From: Vicugna vicugna
Taxonomy: Eukaryota
Direction of reading: 5' to 3'
Assembly (NCBI GenBank): GCA_013265495.1
Contig: MU058287.1
Span: forward strand, 1 to 64,000
DNA length: 64,000 bases
The stretch's first letter is position 1, and each line of letters begins with the position of its first letter. The position numbers and the translations under genes were made by a program. This document shows, in pieces, positions 1 to 10,700 of the stretch. The notes under the pieces were generated by a model. It was not told where the DNA came from. It ran no database searches and was given only the letters and a program-made list of their open reading frames with translations.

Positions 1-853
1 CCTGACGACGGGCGGCCGGCGGCCGCGGCAGCCGCAGCGGTGGCCCGGCGGTGCGCGCCGGTGCACGTCCCTCATTAGTAACCAGACACATTCCTGCCTC
101 CAGCGCTCCCGCGCCGCCCCCTCCCCCCAGGACATTACGCAAAGCAGCCTCCCCTCATCTGCATAGCTCCTCGGCCGGGGTATTCCCCGCATTTCCCAAC
201 GTGCCGGACCCCCCTCCCGAGGTCTCCCACGAGGGCTCCCCCATCCCCGCCCCCTCCGACCCTCACCCTCTGGACTCCCGCCTGGGGCCGGGGACGCGCG
301 CCGGGAGGGGCGACGGGGTCCGGAGGAGGCGATTTCGGTGTAAAGTGAAACAGGCTCCTAATGCTAAAGGAGGCAGGAAAAACACCGAGCCAAGGCCACT
401 TACCGAGCTGAGGAACCTAGATTCCCGCCGCTCTGCTCGCCCAAATAGTCGGTCCGCCCTCCACGCACCCCAAGGCTGCACCCAGCACCCCAAAGTCGAG
501 ACGTGTAGAAATATGGTTAACGAGCCGGAGACCCTCCAAGTTGCTCCGGGCTCCCGGGAGCTTCAACGTCCAAGACACAACTTGGCCAAGACTTGTGCCA
601 CAGTCACCGAAGATGTTTCTGCGGAGACCCTCCTCCGGCGGGGAGAGACAGCGCTCGGTGGCGCCCCGCTTGTCTCCTCTCCACCCCCTCACCTCCAGCC
701 CGCCTCCCGCCGGCCGCCCGCCTCCGGGCCGCGAGCCCCTCGGGCGGCTGTCAGCTCCCGGCCGCCGCCGGGTGACAGGGGCGGGAGGAGGGTGCGACGC
801 GGCGGCCCGAGCGGGCGAGGGGGATCCTCGCAGCAGCAGCGGCGGCCGCTCAC

Positions 854-1021
854 CTGGAAAGTCACCGCTGAGGAGGAGGAGGAGGAGGAGGACGGAGAGG
901 AGGATGAAGAGGAGGGAGAGGAGGAGGGGGAGGAAACCCCCCTGGTGCCCTTGTTCTCGCTGCCGCGGCGGCCGCTCCTCGCCAAGGCTGAGCGTGTCTG
1001 GTGGGGGGTGTCTGGTAGCAT
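854..1021 (-). CDS. Candidate uORF or N-terminal coding segment, 56 codons (MLPDTPHQ...SSSSAVTFQ)
   Basis: ATG at 1021-1019 with G at -3; exactly 168 nt to the donor (phase 0). No recognised protein similarity. Confidence 0.25.
869..933. repeat. Imperfect (GAG)n/(CTC)n trinucleotide tract
   Basis: gaggaggaggaggaggaggaggacggagaggaggatgaagaggagggagaggaggag. Confidence 0.9.
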
Positions 1022-4000
1022 TTCCTTAAGGACAGAGGGAGGGCGGGCGCTGAGGGAGGGGAGCGATCCCGACCGCCTGCCCAGGCTCCTCTTTCCTTTT
1101 ATTTATTTTTCTGACACTGTACGGAGATGGGCCTGGGGCAGGGGCCGCCGGGCTCGGGAGGGAGCCGCGAGGCCCGGGCCGCAGCAGTCTGCGTGCGGGA
1201 GCCGCAGCGGCCGCCTCCCCTCCCGGTCTGTGGACGCACCGGGTTATTCCTGGCAGCGCCTCCCCGAACAGAAGTTACTAGGAGGAGTGCGCGGCGAGGG
1301 CGGGAGGGGGGAGAGGCGGAGGGAGGGAGGGAGGAAGAGGGAGAGACTCAGCCAGCGACGTCATCGGATCCCCCAGCGCGTCCCAGGGAGGGAGGCTGAA
1401 CCAGAAAAACCAGTCTGGAGCCGGCGAGCGGAGAGGGTTGTGCGGCGCGCGGGGCGACGGGGGAGGGAGGCGACCGGGAGGGCAGGGCCCGGCCCCGCCG
1501 CGGCCGCTCCGGGCGGGAAGATCGTGGCCGAGCTCCCCGCTCGCTCGGGTCGGGGAACTCCCCGGAGAGCTGGTCTCTACTTGTCAGGCAAAAAAACGTG
1601 GGCGTCTCCAAGGGCCTGAGAATTTCTTTTAGGGATGTAGAAACCTCTTTCCCCACCCCCCAATCCCATTTCCCAGATGACCGTTCCCTTCTTGAAGACA
1701 AACGGAATTATAGAATAACCAGCATTGATGATTTTGTCCGGGTACCTCTTATCCCTCTCCTGCCCCTCGCCCCCACCTCCACTCACATTTATGTTACTGG
1801 TCAAGAAAAAATCAGACTAGCTCCCGGCTGCGTTTCTGGAGCTTTGCAAGTGTTTTTACTAGCACTTTCCGTGCCCCCGCGGAAGCACGAACTTTTTACG
1901 CGCTCGAAATGCCCCAATTGCCTTCCCTGGGGTCACTCACCACGGCGCCCTGGGCGCACTCAGCTAGGGGATCGCGGCCTGCCCTCGCTGGGGTATTCAA
2001 ATCGGTGTGGGCAGTGGTGCGGGGAATATTTGCGGGTTTCCTTGTGGGCTGTGCTGGGACCTGGGGCGAGCGGACGCCTCCAGCCTGCGCGCTCCCCTTC
2101 CTCCGAAGGGACGCGAGCGACATCACACCCAGAGCGGGGAGAGCAGGGCCGGAGGGCGGGGGAATCCCAGGCGAGTGGGGGCCGGGGCGCTGGGCTTCCT
2201 CCCCGAACCGGCAACACCTGGGGGACACCGGGGCTCCCTGAGCCGCTACCCTGCCGGTGTGGACTCGTGTGCACCCTCGGGGGAGGTTCCCAGGAGGCCG
2301 TGGCGGCCCAAGCCGACGCCCGGAGCGCCTCCTCCGGGTGGGCTCCCGGCCGGGCCGGGACCGCGCGCCGCCCCTCCTGGCGCCCGAGCGGCCGAGCCGA
2401 GCGGAGCCGAGCGCCCCGGCGCCGCGGGCCCGAGCGGCCCTCCCCACCCCCACCCGGCTGCGCCGCCGCCCTGCCCCGGGCGGAGTAAACAAGAGACGCG
2501 CAAGATTTGACCTGGCGCGACCCGGATTTCTGGCCGGGGTTCCCCATGAGCAGGTGACTCCGTGGGAGGGGTGGAAATTAGTCTCTGGAATTCCGGGCCA
2601 AAGACATTAACTGTGGTTCTGCTTTTAAGGCAGGTATTTTACCGACAACTGCGGAATGTTTTGCGTCTCAAGTTTCAGATTTCGCGGAAAGGGACCAAAT
2701 GTCAAGACATATCAATTACTCCCTTCCCTTCTCATTAAAAACGAGCACACTGAAAAGGAGGACAGACTCTTTAATGACTGTGAGAATAGCACTGCCGGTT
2801 TCGTTTTTGTTTTGTTTTGTTTTTCATTTCGACCTATAATCAGTGGATTTCTGAGATCCGCGTGTAAGGGCAACATTGCCGTGAAGGACGACTCTGCGAA
2901 ATAAAGCGGTGATACCGTTGTTTTTTGGTTTTTTTTAATCATTTTTTTTCAAAGGAGAAAAATCTGAACAATATGGAATGTTTCACTGTGTCCTTTGCGA
3001 TTCATCTCATTTAAATTCAGGGCCTACTTTCCACTTAGGCGGCTTCTCCTTTCATTGTATAAATTCTTTAATATTCAGCCTTTCTTGACTTAACTTGAAG
3101 CGCTAAATAAAAACTCCCCCAATCACCACTTTCTCTTCAGTGTATGCCATTGCATTTTTATACATCCATTTAAAACTCAAAATGTGATTTTCGAAATTTT
3201 TTTTCACTTCCAAACCCACGTGCTACATACTCCCAGAGCCCATTTTATTTAATTGCTTGATAAAGAAGATTAAGCACTTTCTTTAAGAATCCAGTTTCCC
3301 TTCAGCACACACAACAGCAGCTGCCCAAGCTCCCAGAAACTGAGCAAGAAAAGTAGCAGGCAGCATTTTGCTTCACGAGAATGAATGTTAGTTGAAACCT
3401 TAAATACCTCTTTAAAGGACTAGACTAAGTAGTATAATGTGAATATTAGAATACTGAGGTAATTGGGCAGTTAAAATATTTTTTTAAAAAGCAAATAGGC
3501 ATCAATTTTGATGACCTGATCCCACCACCAAAGAGGACCCTTAAAGGCAGTTTTTAATCAAACTTTCTTAGCACCTTGTTCCCAAATCATCAAGCACTAA
3601 AGAAGGTAGCCTGAAACGAGCTGAAGCACAAGTAAAACTATTTATCAATATGTGTAAACTAGGTGACATCCCCTCTGATAGGAAGAATCACTGTCTTTAA
3701 ATAAAGGCATCTCTGTCTCCAGCCTCTCATGCTGCAACCTAACTGTCCAGGGGGTTATATTTCAGGCCATACGGAAACAGAAAAACGCCACTCCCCAGAA
3801 AACCTCTGAAGACAAAACTGAAACTGGCATTGGTAAACTGTGCACCCAGCCCTAAGAAGCTCTATGGAAAATGAGGTTGGCTGGGGCATAGCTGACCCTG
3901 CCTGGGCACCCATTTGGAGCGTCACAACGAGGCAGGCACTTTCTTTTCATCACCTGTCTTATTACTTCTCAGTTTCAAAGGACAGGCAAATCTGGTCATC

Positions 4001-4119
4001 TGGATTATGAGATATTAAGAAAGTGAAATAATGAATGTCCGTCTGGCAGTATGGCATCTTTTCAGAGTCAAAAATCACTTTGAACCCAAAGCACTTTCAG
4101 TAAAAAAAAAAACAAAAAA

Positions 4120-4600
4120 ACTTATTGAGTGCCTACTATGTGCTGGAGATACATCAATGAACACATCAAAGATTCCTGCTTTCCTGGAGCTTGTATTCTA
4201 GTAGGGGGAAGGTAGATGAAAGAGGAACAAGATATCAAATAGCCATAAGAAATCAACGGTAGAGAACTTTGGAAGGTAAAAAGAGTTACAAGGGGAAACA
4301 TAGAAATAGAGTAAAGGATATGGGTGGGGAGGGAGGTGTCATGTTTCTGTATTAAGTAGGAAGGTCAGAATAGGACTCAGAGTGATGTGTCTCCTAAGGC
4401 TTAAAGGAAATGATTTAGCAGTGGACATATCTGGAGTTAAGACCTTTTAAGGTGGAGGGAACTGCTCAGATAAAGCTCTAGGACCAGAGAAGACCTGGCA
4501 TGTTTGTAGAGCTTACGGGAGCAATGTGGCTGGAACAGAATGTGACAGCCAGTGAACATAACACCTCCCAGGATACTGTAAGGACTTTCTCACTCAGGAA
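4120..4600 (-). mobile_element. LINE-2 3' fragment
   Basis: ttattgagtgcctactatgtgctggagataca...cctggagcttgtattctagt matches the reverse complement of the L2 3' end. Confidence 0.8.
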
Positions 4601-4634
4601 AAAGCTTAACGAAGGGTAAGTTTATGGCCATTGC

Positions 4635-4740
4635 CACCCAGTCCCACTGAACCTGAATCTTTGTGGGCCCAGAAATCTGCACGTTTAACACATAATGCGG
4701 TTGATACTTATGCATTCTAAAGCTCAAGACTTACTGCCAC
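4635..4740. mobile_element. MER5-like hAT-Charlie fragment
   Basis: actgaacctgaatct...gggcccagaaatctgcacgtttaaca...tgatacttatgca. Confidence 0.6.
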
Positions 4741-4824
4741 AGAGCACAGAGGCTGATACACCCAGGCGGGAGAACCAGGTACCATGAGCCGTTGTACATA
4801 AAACTTCCAGAACCAGGCAGTCCA

Positions 4825-5300
4825 TATTACTAGCCAGGATGCTTTCAGTTGGCCAGTTTAAATCCTTGACTCAAACTAGCCTAATAAAAAGGATTTATTG
4901 ACTCCCACACCCAGAAGTGAAGGGCTAAATTCCAACGCAGCAGCATCCTGAGGCTCAAATGATGTTACCCTGGTTCAGGCTGTCTCCCTCTCTCAGCTCT
5001 TCACATTTCTCTGCTTCATTTTGCTCTTCAGACAAAGATCCTGCAGGTTGGTGGCAGCAGTCCCAGATTATTGTTTTCCTGGCTTAGTAACCCCAATTGG
5101 AAAAGACCTTCTTCCTGATAGCTCTAGCTCAGGCAGCCTTAGGAGTCAAGTCTTTGCACCTGAACCAATCACGGGGCTCCGGGGATGGGATAATCTGATT
5201 GGTCACACCCTGACCTGCAGTGGGGACATGGTCCTCATGGGAATAAGCAGTTCCCAAAAAACAGAAGAAGAGTTAGGAATTGGGTGTTGGGGTATCCACT
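4825..5300. mobile_element. Old MaLR LTR (MLT1J/K-like)
   Basis: caggatgctttcagttg...gactcaaactagcctaataaaaaggatttattgactc; cctgaaccaatcac; ctgattggtca. Confidence 0.65.
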
Positions 5301-8144
5301 ATTTTCCTTAAGATTTTGGCCTTGGTTTCTCTATATTTTTAAGTACTAGAGTTGATCAAGATGATGTGGCTGATGCCTTATGACTGTAAATTCTATATAA
5401 ATCTCTGTAATAAAGTCCTCCGCAAAACTGTGCATAGTGAATTAAGTGGTATGGGATTCCCTCAGATAAATTTGGAGTACTATAAGTACAACACCAAGAG
5501 GGTACCTGCTGTGGGGTTCTGATGAATAAATGGAACATAGCCTTGGGTCTTAGTAAAGAGGAATGATTTAGAACTGCCTTTCTGATGGATCTCCGACTTC
5601 CAACTCATCTGTTCTAATTGGTATGTGGGGAAGTATTGAGCAGTGTCATGATATGTGTAACACGAAGGATACTTAGGTCTCCAAAAATAAGATGAAGAAA
5701 AGAATCTTGAGAGAAAATCTGCCTGTCTGTTGAGTTGTTACTAGGCTACCAGCCACTCTAATGCAGACCCCTCTCTTTATCCCACTATGACCTCCTTTGG
5801 TTGAGGAGGGGAAGGAGGCAGTGGTAATTAAGGACCAATGAGTCGGAGCCGGACTTACTAAGACTCAAGGTGACGTCTGTCAGGACTGAAGGATAAAGTG
5901 GTGTCCTCCTGGCTCTCACAGGGCGGGTGGAGCCCACAGACATCCAACCAACCGCATGTCACCCCACACTCCAGAGTTTCTCCAGGTATATTCCACCACC
6001 TGTAGCAACATTTCTTGAAATGTTTATTTAAAAATCTGAGCAGTCCTCTAAACTTATAAATTGGAATCCTCAGGATTAGGGGCTGGGAAGCTCCATGGTG
6101 AAAAAGATTCTCCTGTGACTCCTATTCTTATTTTAGTTTGAGAACCACTGCTTTACCCGCTACCCCTGAGACTGAGCTGGGGCTGGCTGACTACCTGAGA
6201 AACCCCTTCTCCCCTCTTTATCATATTCCTCAGGTTTCACATGATCCCTTATGACAAGTTGGCCCTTCTTATTCTTCAAAAACATTCTTGTGTCTTTATG
6301 ACCAGATTTCATCTTTGGAAAAATATGTTAGGAAAGAAAAGGCCCCAGTGACTAAAGCAGCCCTGGGAATGGGCAGGATACAGAGGGGACAGAGGCATGC
6401 TGGGGCACAGAATTAGGAGTGCACAGGGAACAGAACAGGGAGGAGGAGGTAAGTTGATGGGGCAAACAGAATGCAAATTAACTTTCATGATTTTCTGGTT
6501 TAGCTGAGGACTGGCCATGGCCCTGGTTTATGGAAGAGTACTGCCCCTTTCAGTAGGCCAAGCTGCTGGTGAAACTGGCTTCTTCATTCTTGAGAGCACG
6601 CAAGGGATGCCTACATCAGGTCTTGAGCCAAAAGAAGATGAGTTCAATAGTCTCTCATGGAAAACCTTGAGGAGTGAAGAACAAAAATCAGATTAGGGAA
6701 CAGTAGCAAGAGTAAGACCCTGTCCAGGATTACTGAAGCCTAAATGTCTCCTTAGATATAGGAAAATGTAGGCTTATATTATGTCATTAATAATGAAGAA
6801 CATCACATTAGTCCTTCCCCATTTTACTATCTTCCACCACCTCTTGCCACTCCAAAATAAGTTGTAGCTGAAATCCCTCTACTTAACAGTCACTGCTTGG
6901 GGTTAAGGCTTTTGCGTCTATAGACATCTTCCATTACAAGCCAAACACAAGTAGCAAGCTCTTAATATCCTAAGCTCTTAATAAGTCATTAACTTCTTAT
7001 AAGAGATTAATTTATTAAATTCTCTTTCCAGAGTGACAGCTAGCTTAGGACTCAAACCTTGGGAGGGAGACTCGCCTTCCCTCTCTAGGTCTAGGATTCA
7101 GACCCTCGGCTAGAAATTTTATGTAAAATAAGGTAGCATGTGAAGAGAATTACGTCACAGAGGTGCTAGGAAAGGGTATTATCTGAGACCCAGAGAACAC
7201 TCTCAGCAAAAAAAGGAGCTACCAAAATTACATAGATGTGCAGCAGGGAGGGTTCACTGAGCTGTTACTGCACTGACAACAGTACAGGATGTAACTACTG
7301 AGATGGTCCCATGCAACCTTCAATGTTCATGATGAGCTCAGACCACAGAGAGAGGAGTGTGTCACAGCAGTACATTTTGTTTAAGAGAAGGGAAAAATCC
7401 ATGATCTTTTAGAAAGATTTCCACAAGAGAAAATTAAAATCATTTTTTAAAATATTTTGTAGTAAAGAGGGTTAAGATTCATTTATCTGAAAAGTCCATT
7501 TGTATAGATGAGACCATTCTCATTGATTTCATAGAGCATAGCAATATTAGAAAGTTGATTGTTTAATTTATGTCTTTTAAGAAAAGACTTCTAAAGAAAC
7601 CGCTTATTTAGTATGCCATTTCCCATTGGCAGTCTTGCCTACATAGATAAATATGTCAAAACACACTATCCCAGCAAACCAGCATGCTTTGTGACCCCTA
7701 GTGTAGTCTAATTTTATCTATCATTGTTTTCTAGTCATTTCTTCTGGTCTAGACTGGGGAATCCTCATCTAGCAGAGATTATGCCAGTGATGTATTGGGG
7801 TGAACAAATACTCTGAATTTCAAAGTTAATATTTCATACCTGCCCTTCTTATCTTTTCCTGACCACTGTGCACAAGCCATGGCATGGCCTTAGCTAAATA
7901 AAGTCTCATATAGTGACACAGATATGGTCATAGTTAAAATAGATCTACAGTTAAAGAACAATATGTGGCTTTGGGAAAACAACCTGTTCTGTTGTTGATC
8001 TTAGATCTGTCCTCTAAGGCAATGATTACTTTTCAACAGTAAAAGATTTTGTGCTGGGCGTTAGGGATGCCTGACCAAGCACTGAGCTCACCGAATGCCA
8101 TGGACATAGACCAGGCTTTGATGACTGATACAACAGTCAGTATT

Positions 8145-8350
8145 TTTTTTTAAACTTAGGCACACAAAATGAACAAATCATAAGTGCAAAACTAGATAAC
8201 TTTTTTGTATATGTACATGTGTGTTTGTGTAACTGCTACAAGATGGAGAATATTTGAAATACTTCAGAATGCCCCTTGTGACCCTTCCCAGTTAATATAC
8301 CTTCAAGGTAATCAGCATTTTAACTTCTATCTGCACAGATTAGTTTTTGA
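8145..8350 (-). mobile_element. Old L1M 3' fragment
   Basis: aaaatgaacaaatcataagtgca...ccccttgtgacccttcccagtta...aacttctatctgcacagattagtttt. Confidence 0.6.
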
Positions 8351-8369
8351 GGGAAGACATCTATTATCT

Positions 8370-8885
8370 ATCCATCTAGTTATTTGTTCCAAAAATTAAT
8401 GTATCGAGTGCCCATGTGCAGGGCACTTTTTGGTAGCTGGAGATACAGGGAAAGACAGAGCACATGAGGCCTCTGGGCCCTGTGGGGCTCACGTTCTAGT
8501 TGGGGAACTGGTAGTACATAAATGAACAAGACAGTTGGAAATCACAGAAAAATCATGAGGAATAAAACAAGGTAGTTGTTAGACAGTAAATAGATAAGGT
8601 AAAGAAATATTGGATGTGGGGGGGAGTATCTGTAGAGTTGACATTTGGGCTGAGAACTGACTGATGAAGAGCAGGAAGAGACAGCCCCAGGAAGAGAGAA
8701 CTGAAAGTGTAAAATCCCTGAGACAAAAAGAAGCTCGGTGCCAAGAGGAACCGAAAGGCCCAGCGTGTCTGGACATGAGAGGTGGGGACGCGGGGAGAAA
8801 GACGTGAGAGATGGTGTCAGAGAAGCAACCAGGAGCCAGGGGATAATTCCTTTATGGGATAGCTGACTTGCAAAAAGGGGATGGA
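8370..8885 (-). mobile_element. LINE-2 fragment
   Basis: gtatcgagtgcccatgtgcagggcact...ggggctcacgttctagttgggga; gacatttgggctgaga. Confidence 0.8.
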
Positions 8886-10229
8886 CATTGGTGATTAAAA
8901 ATGTGTATGTGTGTGTATATATATACATATCTGCTGTATTCTATTGATTAATTTTTAAAACTTTTCCCATAAAGAACCTATATTTAGTAAATAAGTAGTG
9001 GCTGCTGGATACGACTTGCAACTGGGTGGCAGGTCAGCAAGGATGAAATTCCAAAGCAGAGGGCTTTCTGAAAGCATAATTACACACATATCAAACATAA
9101 CAAAAGGAAAATAGTTTTTAGGGTAGCGAATCCTAAGAGAATCTGGATAATGTGGGTGCTATTCTTCACATTTTTCTATGGCTAATTAGAGAGAACTAGG
9201 AAACATATAATGTGGCCCACAGCCCTGCCAGCCCATTACGGGCACTTCTGACTGCAGGTAAATGAAGCCCTTGGTCACCACCCCCAGCTTGTCTCAGAAC
9301 ATGCATGGTGCTATCAGAGTGGACGAGTAAAAACAATAGCATTCTGAATATCGGAACAGGGTACCTTTCTCTTATTAGCGGCTACTTAACAAGTTCAAAG
9401 GACACCTCCATGTGAATGAAGCAACTCCCGATTTACTTTGCTCTTGAAAATCTAATTTTTCAGTTTTTCTCCTTTACACAGAAATTGTGATATTTCGCTG
9501 GGCAGCTTAGAAAACCAACACTTTTATGTTCACGTAACTAGAAAAAACAAGTGATTATGTAAAGTCTCTTTAGTAAATTATGTGTATTTCTCATTTTAAA
9601 AAGCATTTCTAATAATACTCATTGATCCAAATGTATAGAAACTTAAATATATGCTGAAAACAAGTAGCCAGTTGTCACCTTTAAAACATCCTTTATTAAA
9701 TAAAACCATGAAGTTACTTTTTGTTAAAGACAGTGAAATATACATGGTGGGAAATATTAAATGTCATGATCTGGGTAAAATCTGAGGAAGGAAAAAAAAT
9801 CAAGACAACTTGCACTGGAGTTTAAATTCTCAATGAAAGATTTCACCACTAGGTTCGTTGCATTTATATAACTACAATGGCAGTGTTTGCAAAATGCCCC
9901 CAAAAATCTTAAAAGTAGAAATGAAGAAAATGTGCATGATTTTAAATATCAGGATGTCTGAAAGCATAAAGTTACATGCTAGAATTTTCCATTATCATGG
10001 AGATTTATTTTATGTAGAAAAACTTGAAAACTTCTTACTGTTTCTGGTGCTTCACTTATTTCTTCAATCATTCCAGGATCTCACGAACTTCTTCCTCCCT
10101 CATGAGACCTAACATGGCAGTGATTAACATGCAGCTGCTTACAGTGTAAGTAGAAGGCCACCCAGTGCAGGGAAGACGCAGAGGAGAGGTGGTCCTACTA
10201 GAAAGGCAGTCAACTCATATTGTTGAGTA

Positions 10230-10700
10230 GAGTGAGAGACCCAAGTCCAAATCCCCAAACCCTCATTTACCTGACGGTGATTTGTGCAAATACCTTAACA
10301 TCTCTAGGAGCCTATTTTCCTGCAAAATTGGAACAAAAATATTTATTTCACAGTGTGAAATAAATAAGGGTAAGTAAGGGGTAAGGGGCTACAGTAAGCA
10401 CTTAATATATACTGATCGCCTGTATAAATATTTGTGGTTTGTCCCCTAACTTTTTTTGTGACTTTGAGCGAGACATTAATCTCTCTGAGTCTACATATTC
10501 TCATTTACAAACAGACTTGAACGAGGCGAGCCCTCAGTTTCCTTTCAGCTCCAGTAGTTTTACAATCTCTGCTATCTCAGTTTCCTCTTCTTTATAATAG
10601 ACATACCTAAGAGCACCTATCTGGTAGAATTTTTGAGAGGATCAAATGAACTAAGACAGGTAGAGATTCTAAGAACATTGCCTGGCCTGGCACATACATA
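10230..10700 (+). mobile_element. Cluster of MIR SINE fragments
   Basis: MIR core-like motifs: caaataccttaacatctcta...cctattttcctgcaaaattgg; ctctctgagtct; ctcagtttcctcttctttataatag. Confidence 0.7.

Larger units (their letters stand above)
854..1400 (-). other. First exon (5'UTR, possibly with coding start or uORF) of a minus-strand gene extending left of the window; identity uncertain (PELI1 is an unverified guess)
   Basis: Minus strand reads ...CAGCGGTGACTTTCCAG|GTGAGCGG, a strong donor at 854/853 inside the island, preceded by a pyrimidine-rich (TCC)n leader typical of 5'UTRs. The TSS cannot be fixed (roughly 1250-1420). Confidence 0.7.
1..2600. promoter_or_regulatory. CpG island / GC-rich promoter
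   Basis: Very high GC and dense CpG from 1 to ~2600, then an abrupt switch to AT-rich, CpG-poor sequence. Contains GC boxes, CRE-like TGACGTCG (minus, 1356-1363) and forkhead-type GTAAACA (2485-2491). Confidence 0.95.

Noticed and set aside
51..1619. 522-aa plus-strand ORF with a poly-Glu tract
   Set aside because: Starts at GTG, is R/G/P/A low-complexity, and lies antisense to the first exon. Stop depletion is expected in a CpG island; the poly-E is the GAG repeat.
1598..2610. Several overlapping 85-296 aa ORFs on both strands
   Set aside because: Open in many frames at once, no recognisable domain; GC-content artefact.
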